The position numbers and the translations under genes were made by a program. The notes under the pieces were generated by a model that was not told the DNA's origin, ran no database searches, and saw only the letters and a list, made by a program, of their open reading frames with translations. Shown one piece after another: positions 28,622 to 42,122 of a stretch of DNA of 64,000 bases (positions within the stretch are counted from its first letter, which is position 1; every line of letters starts with the position of its first letter). Source of the stretch: Eledone cirrhosa (lineage: Eukaryota); contig OZ024744.1 in the NCBI GenBank assembly GCA_964016885.1, positions 95,046,001-95,110,000 of the forward strand, in the 5' to 3' direction.

Positions 28622-31039
28622 TCTATACATACACATACTCTAGCTGTTGAAATGGCTGGAACTCAGCAGTCAGGGTCCTGATTCTTTTCCTAAATATATA
28701 TGTATATATGTATATATATATATGTATTTATATATATATGTATAACCAAATAATTTTCCAGCTTATTACAAATGACATCCTTCCTATTACAAACACGAGT
28801 ACTTGTGCTTAGATAAAATAAAAATTTAAAAAGAGTACATACACAGGAGAAAAAAGAAATAGTGATTTTTGTTGTTGTTGTTGTTATTAAACTCATTATT
28901 GTCCAGCCAATGCTTTACTACTCAGGCTCTTTATAAAGTGACAGAAGCAAAATTTTGATTAATGTGACAAAAATAATAATAATAATAATAAATAAATAAT
29001 AATAATAATAACAATAATCGTAAAAATACCAGCTCATAACCTTTTAAAGAATCATTATTTTATTAATTTTTTTTTTTTTTTAATGATAAATTTCCAGGAA
29101 AGGAGAATTAGGTTTGGTGACCTTCAGAAGGTAGCAATAAAAACGCATCTCTTGTGTTCTTTGTAATCATATTATTAGAGAGAGAGAGAGAGAGAGAGAT
29201 AGATAGATAGAGAGAGAGAGAGAGATTGTTCTCACCACTTTACGAGATGAAAACTGTAAAGTGCTGGTGTCTGTTATTATTGTCAGCCATGACTAGGCAA
29301 AATATATGAAAGAAATGACCAACTCTGTCTTTTCCAAAATCTAACACAAAATAAGATGAAAAATAAAAAAAATAAAAACCTAGTTAATACTAATTCTAGT
29401 TCTATAAAAAAAAAACAAAAAAAAAAACACGTTTTAAAAAGTTCCTATTTAGCCCTGAATTCTTTCACCTCTTTCTGTTCAAACCCGCTGTAACCAGCCA
29501 CACATACTGATAAAGGTATTGTTCTCAAAATAAATAATATCAAAATCTCATAGATTTGATATTATGTGAAATAATTATGTGAGGTAAAGCCTTTACTACA
29601 AAAATACAATAGTATATATATAGAGTAATGTAAATGTTAAAGGGTTAAATTAAAATCTTCCAACATACCTTCCTTATATACTTGTAAAATGGGCAAAAAT
29701 TCAAACCTCATTTATAAACCAAGGCAGCTAATCAACACATTGTTTAGATGGCATATATAAGTTGACCCCCACCCCCACCCCATATAACCATTGATTTTTG
29801 TGTCATATATTCTTTGGTTTTTATTTGAGTATATATGGTAAATTCATATAAGAACCATATGTTAAGTTACTATAGTAACTGTCTAATAAAATAATTAATA
29901 ATTTCATTTAATTCCCTTATTCTTTTGGTCATTATCCAAGATTCATGACCAAGTGGCCAAAATGGGGTTCCTCTGAAGGGTCTTTGGATTAATGCTATTT
30001 GATAGAATGTGTAGCTCAGAGATTAGAGAGTCACTCCATGTAGAGCCGCTATTTCTCCAAATTGAGAGATCACAGCTCCAATGCTGTGGACATGTGGTTA
30101 GAATGTCTCAGGAAAGAATCACTGGATAAAACCAACCGGCAAGAGACTCAAGAGTAGAGACTCCGAGCAAGATGGCTGGATAACATTCATGAGCTTGGCT
30201 GGTCTTGCTTAGGGATCCAGCTGGATAAGTTGGAGACAGTTGCTTCTGAAGGAGTGTTTGAGGACTCTGCCTCCGTGACCCTCTCAGGAATAAGTGGACG
30301 AAGAAGGAGGAAGAGAAAGAGGAGGAGGAGGAGGAGATTAAATCTCCCAAAATTCTTCATTAACTAATTAAAATACAGTAAATTTCATTAGAAATATAGT
30401 CACAAAAGGGATAACAGTCCTTATTTTGTCCAGTGTATGCTTCCCTTTTTTTTCATTTTTTTTTAAGAAAGATGATAGGATGTGTTTTATATGAGTGACA
30501 TTAGACTGACATTTCTAGCTGGTTGAGTGACCACGTAGAGTCTCCCTTGTAACTATCGTTCTTATGTTGTTGTTGTGGTTGTTGTTGTTATTTAACCCCC
30601 CCCCCCCCAAGTCAGCTGCGATTTACTAAGCCTATACCTCCAAAAGCACACAACTCGTAACTATCTTGTTTATTAGTTTTCCAAGGTATAAGTATACCTT
30701 GGACTACATTACACAATGTGTACAGCCTTTTTTTTTTGCTAAGATGGTCAAGTGTGACTTGAAGGAGATTTAGTAGCTATTTCTATAGCAGGTCAACAAG
30801 GCCTGTCCCATAGAATTACATGTACATATCTTTTTAGCCGGCTGAGTTTACTGGAGCAGCATGAAATAAAGTGTCATGCCCAAGGATACAAACATTTGAA
30901 TTAACAAAACTGTTTTTAAATTTTTTTTTTTTGCTAACTCATTACAGGATATTAAGAGTTAATGAATTTTGAAGCACTACCAAAACTACTTTTGTTTACA
31001 GCTCATTCCTATTCAGGTATATTCAGGTACATCTTAGAA

Positions 31040-31515
31040 ACTATATCATTATCGTTATCATGCCGACGACCATCAACCCCATCATCATCATCATCATCAT
31101 CACCATCATTATCAACCCCATCATTATCATCACCATCATCACCACCACCAACAACACCATTGTCATCATTATCAACCCCATCATCACCACCACCACCACT
31201 ACCAACACCAACACCATCATCATCACCATCACCACCACCACCACCACCAATACCACTATCACCATCACCACCACCATTACTACCAACACCAACAGCACCA
31301 CCACCACCACCATCATCATCATCACCACCATCACCACTATCACTACCATCACTACCACCACCAACACCATCATCATCATCACCATCACCACTACCACCAC
31401 CACTACCAACACCAACACCATCATCACCATCATCATTACCAACACCACCAAAACCATCATCACCACCACCACCACCATCATCACCATCATCATCATCACC
31501 ACCACCATCATCATT
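31040..31515. repeat. (CAC/CAT)n trinucleotide low-complexity tract
   Basis: Directly visible; explains the Pro/Ser, Thr/Ile and Met/Val ORFs. Confidence 0.95.
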
Positions 31516-32252
31516 AAACTACTTTTATCTCATTTGTCGTAAACTTTGAAAATACTCATTACTACAATAAATACGAGCCTCGTTTATCTTCTTTGCTCAC
31601 TTATTCCTGAGAGGGTCCTGGGAACCAAGTGCTCAGACATGCCTACTAGAAGGTCTTATCAGAAGCAACCTACCACTACAACAACTAAGAATCACTGGAC
31701 AGATTTTTACGAGCTAATCCAACTGGCAGGAGACCCAGAGCTGGATCACAAGCAAGATGGTTGGATAACATCCATGAGCTCAGCTGGTCTGGCTTGGGGA
31801 TCAAACCAGATCAATTAGAGACAGTTGAGTCTAGATGTCTATTTTAAACTATTTGTTGCTTCTATAAATATGAGCTTCGCTGTCTATTTTAAAATACTTT
31901 TATCAAGAATTGTTTTTACTTACTTCCTCATTCTTCATATTCAAAGAAACACATATGTATATATAGACCAATATGTGAGTGTGTGTTCATTACATATATA
32001 TATATGTGTGTGTGTTATACACACACATTCACACACACATACAGAAAACAAACAAACAAACACAGAACAAAGAATATAATGCCACTTCCTCCTGAAGTGT
32101 TTAGAAACAGGAAATGTGTTAACAATTCCCATCCATCTTATAGAGGTCAACGGAAGAGGCCTTCACAAAAATGACACATTGTACAACTGAAGAGGATTTG
32201 AAGGGAGAAATAGAGAAAGAGACTTTCAAGTATGTCATCTAGTCTATTTCAT

Positions 32253-33004
32253 TTAACCCTTTTGATATTAAACCGGCTGAAACTGGCCATGGTGCTGGCC
32301 CTGGTTATATGATATAAAATTATTTGTTTTAACCCTTTTGGTACCAAACTACCAGAAACCACCCATGGTTCTATGACACTAAACTGTTTAATTTAACTCT
32401 TTTGGTACCAAACCACATGAAACTGTCCCTGGTTCTATGATACTCAATCCAATCCAATCCAACTGAGGGCCTTTTCACTCCTGTTCGTTTCCACTGCTTT
32501 CTGTTTTGTTTTGGTAACTGTACTCACTGTTGTAGGGCAATTTTTTGAAGGTTTGTGACTGATTCTATGATACAAAACTGCTTGTTTTAACCCTTTTGGT
32601 ACCATATAAACTGAAACTGTCACTGGCCCTGATTCTATGGTACAAAACTGTTTGTTTTAACCCTTTTGGTATCAAATAAACTGAAACTGTCACTGGCCCT
32701 AATTCTATGGTACAAAACTGTTTGCTTTGACCATTTTGGTTCCATATAACCTGAAACTGCCACTGGCCCTGATTCTATGATAGAAAACTGTTAGTTTTGA
32801 AGTGTTTATATTTATCTATTTAACTAAAAACCTTCCATCATCGTTTTCTGTAAGAATCCTTGTTAAGTTATGTTCCAAACATCAACTTAATAACGAGAAA
32901 GTTACTTATATTACTAAATCATCCAAAATTCTTGACTGTTTTTTAAATTATTTGAAAATAATTAGCAGTGTCTTTCCTGAGAAATATAGTAATGAAAGAG
33001 TTAA
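32253..33004. mobile_element. piggyBac-type MITE with a tandemly repeated left end
   Basis: ttaacccttttggtacca.. recurs at about 32253, 32329, 32393, 32587, 32657 and 32727. There is a single right end gaaagag|ttaa. Confidence 0.65.
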
Positions 33005-33712
33005 AAAATAAATTTGTTGAAGTACTGAAAATTAGAAGTATGTGGTGGTGGTCATCATCATTGTCAGCATTGTAATGGTTGTGGAGTTATTATTTTTCGG
33101 GCACAATAGGCTGGCGGATTGGCAGCATCAGTAGAGCATCAGACAACTTGCTTTGCAGCATAGAGTTACAGTCCTTTACGTTCTGAGTTCAAATGCCACC
33201 GAGGTTAGTTTTGCCTTTCATCCTTACGGGTTCAATAAAATAAAGCACCAGTAATAATGCATTGGGGTCGATTTGGTCGACTTTGCCCTCCCCCCCAAAT
33301 TACTGGCCTTGTGCCTATACTAGAAACCATTATTATTATTATTATTATTATTAACTTTGCCTTTCATCCTTCCGGGGTCGATAAAATAAAGTACCAGTAA
33401 TGTACTGGGTTATTGCTGGCCTTGTGCCTAAAGTAGAAACAATTATTATTATTATTATTATTATTATCTGTAATGGCGGTGGATTGGCAGTATCGGTAGA
33501 GGGTCGGACGCCATGCTTTCCGTTACGGCCCTTTGTGGTCTGAGTTCAAATCCTGCCGAGCTTAACTTTGCCTTTCATCCTTACAGGGTCGATAAAATAA
33601 AGTACCAGCAATACACTGGGGTCGATTTAATCGACTTTCCCCCTTCCCCAAAATTGCTGGCCTTGTGCCTATTTAAGAAATCATTATTATTATTATTATT
33701 ATTGTTATTACT

Positions 33713-33980
33713 CCTTGAGTCTCAGTCATTGATGTTAGTTAACTGGAAAGTTTGTTGAAATGAATATCAAGCCACTACCTGCAGCCTCAGATATTCAGGA
33801 CGTATCGGAGGGTTCTTGCTGTTCCCAGCAAGCATGCCTTTTGAAGCGTTCCAAAAAGCGTGAAGGGGCCGATTTTCTTTAACCATCCCTGGAAACTTTT
33901 GGAGATAGTCCCTAGTGCGCCTATGACAATCGGGACCACTTTGACTTCATGGCAGTTCCAAATCCTTTTTACCTCCCACA

Positions 33981-33982
<2 letters not shown>
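33713..33982 (-). mobile_element. R4/Dong-clade non-LTR retrotransposon 3' fragment
   Basis: ..RIWNCHEVKVVPIVIGALG..LQKACLLGTARTLRYVL* is the restriction-like endonuclease C-terminus. It is flanked on both sides by (ATT)n. Confidence 0.85.
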
Positions 33983-34019
<37 letters not shown>

Positions 34020-35392
34020 GGATGGTGGATTGGCAGAATGGGTAGAGCATCTAAAGAAATGCTTTGAAGTATTTCTCCTGACTCTTTACATTCTGAGTTC
34101 AAATCCCACCGAGGTTAACTTTGCCTTTCATCCTTATTGGGTTGTTAAATTATCGGTAGGACTCCAGCCAACATGCTGTATAGCACAGCATTACGGCCTT
34201 TTACGTTCTGAGTTCAAATCCCACCGAGGTTAACTTTGCCTTTCATCCTTATTGGGTTGTTAAATTATCGGTAGGACTCCAGCCAACATGCTGTATAGCA
34301 CAGCATTACGGCCTTTTACGTTCTGAGTTCAAATCCCACCGAGGTTAACTTTACCTTTCATCCTTATTGGGTTGTTAAATTATCGGTAGGACTCCAGCCA
34401 ACATGCTGTATAGCACAGCATTACGGCCTTTTACGTTCTGAGTTCAAATCCCACCGAGGTTAACTTTACCTTTCATCCTTATTGGGTTGTTAAATTATCG
34501 GTAGGACTCCAGCCAACATGCTGTATAGCACAGCATTACGGCCTTTTACGTTCTGAGTTCAAATCCCACCGAGGTTAACTTTACCTTTCATCCTTATTGG
34601 GTTGTTAAATTATCGGTAGGACTCCAGCCAACATGCTGTATAGCACAGCATTACGGCCTTTTACGTTCTGAGTTCAAATCCCACCGAGGTTAACTTTACC
34701 TTTCATCCTTATTGGGTTGTTAAATTATCGGTAGGACTCCAGCCAACATGCTGTATAGCACAGCATTACGGCCTTTTACGTTCTGAGTTCAAATCCCACC
34801 GAGGTTAACTTTACCTTTCATCCTTATTGGGTTGTTAAATTATCGGTAGGACTCCAGCCAACATGCTGTATAGCACAGCATTACGGCCTTTTACGTTCTG
34901 AGTTCAAATCCCACCGAGGTTAACTTTACCTTTCATCCTTATTGGGTTGTTAAATTATCGGTAGGACTCCAGCCAACATGCTGTATAGCACAGCATTACG
35001 GCCTTTTACGTTCTGAGTTCAAATCCCACCGAGGTTAACTTTACCTTTCATCCTTATTGGGTTGTTAAATTATCGGTAGGACTCCAGCCAACATGCTGTA
35101 TAGCACAGCATTACGGCCCTTTACGTTCTGAGTTCAAATCCCACCGAGGTTAACTTTACCTTTCATCCTTATTGGGTTGTTAAATTATCGGTAGAACTCC
35201 AGCCAACATGCTGTATAGCACAGCATTACGGCCCTTTACGTTCTGAGTTCAAATCCCGCCGAGGTTAACTTTGCCTTTTATCCTTACGGAGTTGATAAAA
35301 TAAAGTACCAGTAATGCACTGGGGTCGATTTGGTCGACTTTGCCCCTCTCGCCAAATTGCTGGCCTTGTGGCTAAAGTAGAAATCATTATTT
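34020..35392 (+). repeat. SINE family 1 with a 115-bp internal unit tandemly amplified about 10 times
   Basis: Unit starts at 34086, 34201, 34316 ... 35236. Each unit has a B box GAGTTCAAATCC, and the last one continues into an intact SINE 3' end. Confidence 0.95.
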
Positions 35393-35860
35393 ATTGGGAA
35401 CATTTAATGTAGGTACTCAAAGAAAGCGATGAAGCCTTCAAATGAGTTATCAGGTACTAAAAAAAATAATTAAAAAAAAAAATCCTATCTCAACTCTCCC
35501 CTCCCCAAGACAATTCACTCAAAAAGATAACCACTGACCTTTTCAAACAGAAAACATTAGTACAGATTTCAGAACAATAATGTTTTTAACCTTTTCATGG
35601 CAATATTTCTAATGTTGCTTTGATTAATTTTCAAAGTAATCAAAAATTTGGAGAGATTTATTAAATAACTATCTTTTCTCTACATTAACCTTTTTCTTGC
35701 CATATTTTTTCTAATAAAAACACTGCTCATAATTTTTCAAATAATCAAGAATTTGTACAGATTTAATTTCCTTGATCTGATCTGATAAATGACATCTTTC
35801 CTTTTCTTTCTTTCCTGTTGTAAATTTGTAAATATGCATATCATATATGTTTGTGAGTGT

Positions 35861-35923
<63 letters not shown>

Positions 35924-35980
35924 ATGAAATCGAAAATGCGACTGGAGTCTTATTTTTTAAAAAATATATATATTTATTTG

Positions 35981-38370
35981 GTTTCTACGGCTGGATGCCC
36001 TTCCTAACACCAACCACATTTACAGTGTGGAACTGGGAACTTTTTACCGTGTTACCTACACGGCCAAATTACAACGTGGACTGCGTGTTTTTTTCTCGTG
36101 ACACCTACACGATCTCCATCTCGAGCTCATTTATCTCATTTATTTGGACTGGATGTTGTGGTATCAACTTTATAGAGAGAGGGTGGTGTTGGTGGGAGTG
36201 GGAGGACAGGGTAGGGGTAGTGGATTGGGGTGTATATTTGGTTAAGAGGTGCCTACTGACTGTAGGTTTCGCTTTGTACATAGGCAAGGCGGGTCTTCTG
36301 TATTACTGCGTAGTGCCAAAGATCTTCGTCCAGTGACATTGTCTTAGAGAGGTGCAAGTGTGTAAGGTCAGAATTTATCAGATCGTCCCAGGTTTTTCTG
36401 GGTCTACCTACTCCGTAACTACCATCAATTTTGATCGCCCTGCACTTTTTTATACAGCTGTCGTCTTTCATGCGCATCACGTGACCATACCAATGTAGTC
36501 TTCTCTCGAGTAAACAGCATCTGATCCCTCTTATTCCTAATTTCTCACTTACTTCATTTATGCTTTGCCATTCACGTATATTACTATCACACATCCAGCG
36601 GAGCATGCATGCTTCGTTCCTTTCCAGTCTACGTAGGTCCTCTGCACGCAATGCCCAGGTCTCCCTGCCATGTAACATTGCTGTTTGTATACAAGCATCA
36701 TACAATCTGCCTTTCATTTTTAGAGAGAAACCTTTTGTGGCCAACAGCGGTATAAGCTCTCTGGCTACTGTACTTTCAGAACACCCTCCACCACTGCTGA
36801 TTTTGTCACCCAGGTAACGGAAAGTGTCTACTATTTCTATAGAACCATCTGGGCAATAGAAGGGGCTAGTATCCTGTGGACACTTGCTACCTATTGCACC
36901 TGAGCATCGGCCACATATAAAGTCTACATTCTTAGATAGTTTACTGTGATCCCACTACATCTTATATGTACCCATACTTTGCATTTGGGACATAAAATTG
37001 AATTTCTGCCTACTCCTTTCCTATACACTGAGCAAGGCCATTTCCCTGAGGGTACCTGTGCCTTATTTTCCTTTCTACAAACTAGAACTTTAGTCTTAGA
37101 CAAGTTAACTTTAAGGCCTTTTGATTCTAGGCCATGCTTCCATGTTTGGAATTTCTTTTCTAGTTCAGCCATTGATTCAGCTATGAGCGTTAGATCATCT
37201 GCGTATAGGAGTTCCCATGGGCAGCCGGTCTTGAACTCCTCTGTTATAGCCTGAAGGGCAATAATAAATAGGAGGGGGCTAAGGACAGAGCCTTGGTGAA
37301 CACCAACTTTTACAATATTCATTGTTAATTCTAACCTTACTGACTGTTTCATTATACATAGCTTGTATAGCTCTCACAAGCCATTCATCTACACCTAGTT
37401 TTCTAAGAGCTCACCAGATAATGGAGCGGGGGACTCTGTCAGAGGCTTTTTCCAGGTCTACAAAAGCTAAGTAGAGGTGTTTACTTTTAACTAGGTACTT
37501 CTCTTGTAGTTGTCGTACAATGAAAAGAGCGTCTGTGGTACTTTTACCTGACACAAACCCAAACTGCATTTCATCTAGATCAATTCGCTCTCTGATTAGT
37601 TGCGCTATCACTCTTTCTGTGACCTTCATGACTTGGTCAACTAACTTAATGCCTCTATAGTTTACTCTATCTAGAGCATCTCCTTTACCCTTGTAGCAGT
37701 TAATGATGATGCTGCTATGCCAGTCTTTTGGTATGACCCCATTCTGTATTACTTGGTTAACTATACGGGTGACCATAGTATGTCCCACCATTCCAGATGC
37801 CTTCAACATCTCAGCAACTATCTCCGAAGGCCCAGCTGCCTTGCCTGTCTTCATATCTTTGATTGCCTTACTTATTATATTACCTTTAACTTGCACCGCT
37901 GGTCCTTCTATTGGATCGATTTGGGGCAGACTCTCTTTTCCCCATTTATTCTCCTCATTTAATAGTCTCTCGTAGTGACACTTCCAGGCTACCTTCTTAT
38001 CAGCATCAGTGAGGGCAAGTACACCGTTATCATTACGGACACACTTCTCCCCGACAATATCACGGTTTTCCTTGACACATTGTCTAGCAATCCTGAACAC
38101 CTCACGTTTTTGGTCCTCACGTTGTAGAACACGCTTGAACTTTCTATCCTCTGCTACCCTTTTTGCAAGGTACACTTGTCTCCTAGCTTCTCTCCTGGCC
38201 ACTAGATAGTGCTCTCTACTTCCCCCATCCTGCCATACTTTCCAAGCCTGCTTTTTGGCCTTGATTGTCTCTTCTACCTTACTGTTCCACCACCAAGTTA
38301 CTCTCCTCCTGCCAATAGGTCTGCTCCAGCCACAGATTTCATCCGTTGCTTTCAGCAGGTTCACTTTCAA
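35981..38370 (-). mobile_element. RTE-clade LINE, 5'-truncated and frameshifted (RT plus Cys-rich insert)
   Basis: ORFs 37411-38370 (KGKGD..NYRGIKL, QFGF, FVDLEKA.DRV), 36924-37352 (GVHQGSVLSPLLF, LLYADDL, CSV..CPKC..WVH.RC) and 36253-36744. Confidence 0.95.
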
Positions 38371-38380
38371 GAATTGCCAC

Positions 38381-38430
<50 letters not shown>

Positions 38431-38432
<2 letters not shown>

Positions 38433-38925
38433 GGAGAGAATACATGAAAAGAACATGCTTTTTCATTACAGGGTATTTTTACCACCAGAGTGAAGGACAT
38501 ATGAACTGCGAAAGGTACCAGAAAAACATAATCAAACAGATTCATAAATTAAAAAAAGTACCTCAATAACTATTACACCTGTATACAGTCCCATGGAAGG
38601 ATTGTTTGATTATAATGTTTTTCTCGTACCTTTCACAGTTTATATGTCCTTCACTCTGGTGGTAAAAATACCCTGTAATGAAAAAACATGTTCTTTCCAT
38701 GTATTCTCTCCTATATATTTTGAAGAGCCCGGAAAATTTTCCTTGAGCTCATTATATTACAGGGAACAACACGAGTCCTTTACTCCCTTGTTTCATTCCG
38801 TCGAAACGGCTTGAGCTCTGCCATCGGGGTCTTGAACATTTTCCTATAACCCACTCTACTACTCTAAGTATTGAGTACTCTGTTGCATTATGGTCCACCT
38901 GGTTCCTTACCACACTTCCTTCGTT
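38431..38925 (+). mobile_element. Longer family A element with fold-back 5' end and degenerate hammerhead
   Basis: Inverted repeat at 38431-38713 (about 115-bp arms). TGAAGA-g..cggaa...ttccgtc-GAAACGGC lies at 38721-38825. (TA)n is on both sides. Confidence 0.75.
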
Positions 38926-40232
38926 ATATATATTTATATATATATAGAGATACAATTATATATATATATATCATCATCATCATTTTACATCCGCTTTTCC
39001 CTGCTTGCTAGGGTGGGACGGGAACTGACTCTGGCTTGATTTCTACAGCTGGATGCCCTTCCTAACACTAACCTCATTTACAGTGAGTGCTGGGTGCTTT
39101 TTTTTCCCGTGGCGCCTACACAGCCACTTTACAGTATGGGGTGGGTGCTTTTTTGCCGTGGCACCTCCACAACCACTTTGCAGTGGAATGATAGGGACCC
39201 CAGTCCCTATCATCGGATTTCTACAGCTGAGTAAACTGGAGCAATGTGAAATAAAGTGTCTTGCTCAAGGAAACCACATATCACCCGGTCTGAGAATTGA
39301 ACTCACAACCTTTCGATTGCAAGGCCAATGCTTTAACCACTAAGCCATGTACCTTCATATATATATTTATTTAAGTAAACGAGGTATCGTTTAAGGTAAT
39401 CCAGGTAGAAGTTATGACTAATCTGTACCATGGATGATTCTAACGTCCGACATTGTTTGACGCGACAAGATGTTTACCTAGTTATGGTGTTCGGGTGGTC
39501 AATTCCAGACAGTTCCTAGGTAAGCGGTTCCTGGAGTATTAATAGTAAAGGAGTGACGAATAACACGGATCAGCTCTACAGTATTCCAACTGTATAGCTG
39601 ATCCTTGTTATTCTTCACTCCCTTTATTCATCATTATCATCATCATCACCGTTTTACGTCGATGTCTCTATGCTAGAATGGGTTAGACGGGTTGTCCTGT
39701 TGTGGGCAATGTCAAGTCAATGCTCATACAGAACTGATTTTCACTTGATTTCTACAGCTGGATGCCCTTCCTAACACCAATCTCATTTACAGTGAGTGGT
39801 GGGTGCTTTTTGTCATGACACTTAAATAACCACTTTACAGTGTGTACTGGGTGCTTTTTGTCATGACACCTACATGACCACTTTACAGTGTGACTGGGTG
39901 CTTTTTGTCATGACACCTACATGACCACTTTACAGTGTGTACTGGGTGCTTTTTGTCATGACACCTACACAACCACTTTACAGTAGGAGGGGATGGGCGC
40001 ATATTGTCTATATGCTTCAGAGTCAGCTTGTACCTGTGGGAACTCGGGTCTTCTGTCTTTGAATGGTGCAATTGGACAAGGTCAGTTTTTATCACCTCAT
40101 TCCAGGTCTTCTTAGGTTATTTATTATATATATATATATATATATATATAAATGATGAATCAAAACATATCAAATATGTTTAGAATTTTGTATTTCTCAA
40201 TAAGTTCAATAGACTTTATCTAGAGCCATAAT

Positions 40233-40446
40233 AACCAAATTAAAAGATATATGTTTATATAAAGAGAGACAGAGCCACATATTGTAAAAGAAACATGCTA
40301 TATTGTATATATACCAAATACATATTCAATAGAAGAATATATTCTTCTATTGAATATGTATTTGGTATATATACAATACACCATGTTTCTTTTATGATAT
40401 ATGGCTCTTTCTCTCTTTATATAAACATATATCTTTTAATTTGGTT
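40233..40446. repeat. About 210-bp palindrome between (TA)n tracts
   Basis: Arms aaccaaattaaaagatatatg...tagaagaat / attcttcta...catatatcttttaatttggtt with a few mismatches. Confidence 0.85.
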
Positions 40447-40619
40447 GTATATATTTATATATATATATCATCATCATCATCATCGTTTATCGTCCATCTT
40501 CCACGCTAGCATGGGTTTGGACGGGAATTTTCCCACTTGAGGCAAGATTGGTTGACTTGCTCGTATAGGACTGTCTGGCGGGTTTTCTACGGCTGGATGC
40601 CCTTCCTAACACCAACCAC

Positions 40620-40680
<61 letters not shown>

Positions 40681-40833
40681 AAAATTGAAGAATAACATGG
40701 TCAGCTGTACAAAAAGGGTTTTATTTACAGTATTAACAATTGTCAGTTGTCAGCTAATAATAGTGGGGTGGTATGTAGTTATTATAATAGTCTCTGGGTG
40801 GTTCTGCTTGAATTATGGGATTGCTGGATCGAA

Positions 40834-41049
40834 TCATGTTGGTTTGAAATTTGCGAATTTAGTAGCTGTTTTGTGCCTACAGAAAATTGATCATTCTATT
40901 TTGCTGTTAAGCAGCATTTTATCATATTTTAAAATATGGAATGGCTCCATATTGCAAAGTCCGCAGTGGGACATTCCATTATCGTAGGCCTTTGCTCCCG
41001 ATAATTTCTACCAGCTAATCCTGTATTCTTGGTTTGTGTCTTTAAGCTG
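40834..41049 (-). pseudogene. C-terminus of a Penelope-like element GIY-YIG endonuclease (Naiad-type), decayed
   Basis: QLKDTNQEYRISW*KLSGAKAYDNGMSHCGLCNMEPFHILKYDKMLLNSKIE*SIFCRHKTATKFANFKPT* fits the LK..Y.I.W..A..Y..CxLC..E..LLN..E..CRH pattern. Confidence 0.75.
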
Positions 41050-42122
41050 CTAGACTTTATTATAATAACTGCATACCAACCCACTATTGTTAGCTGTCAA
41101 CTGACCAACTAATCACTAAATCAACATCATAAATCTCCTAACCTTTCTCTCAATCTCTCTCCCTAAAGCTATTTCACCCCCACTCTCTGTATCCTATCCT
41201 ATATCTCTTCCCCTTTCACTTAATTTTTAATTTATTATTTTTATCTTTTATCTGTTATTTGTTATTATATTCTTTCCTCCTATTCTAACCCTCTGTGATT
41301 TAACCAATACATATATTGAATATTTATTTTCATATTAATAGTGTTTATACCCTCATCACATCTTTATACTTACTCACCACTATAACTTTAACCACCATCA
41401 CCACCACCACCACTATTATCAACAATCGTATTATGTTCATATTTTTTCACGTATATATTTTTTTACTTATTTTTTATCATCTTCATTCTAACTTCTTTAT
41501 TATTGTTTTTTTCTTTTTCTCATTTTTTTAAATTATTGATGTTGTTCAGATTCTCCATTGTATCTATAAATTCAAACACTGCGCGTACATTATTTAGTAT
41601 TCCGATGATTTGATCAGGCAAACACCGTATTTAAGGTCGAGTGACACAACTTTGAGTGATTAGCAGCCTTTAGACATACATAATCAATGAAACAATTGTT
41701 AATACTGTAAATAAAACCTTTTTGTTTACCATGTTATTCTTTAGTTGACCATGTTATTCTTCAATTCTTCACTATTATTACTCCAAAAATAACCTACATA
41801 GGAATTCCTGCGAACTCACTGCCTAACTATGAAACTTCTTGTTGAGTCAAACAACGCCGTACATTGAAACTACCCATAGTACAGAGTACTCACAAACTCT
41901 AACTGGATTATCTATAACGATAACTTGTTATCCCATATATTATATTATATATACACAGACACACACAAACACACACACAAGGGTGGGCTGAAAAGTTCAT
42001 GGGCAAACTGAAGGAGTGATGCTAGTGCTGTGAAATCTTGGTCAGCCTGTTAACGTTTCAGTTGACCCTCATATATGTTTGTGAGTGTAGTTGTATGTGT
42101 GTATATACATATTTAAAATATG

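Noticed and set aside
30962-31549. Pro/Ser-rich extensin- or mucin-like ORF
   Set aside because: (CAC/CAT)n low complexity, open in several frames.
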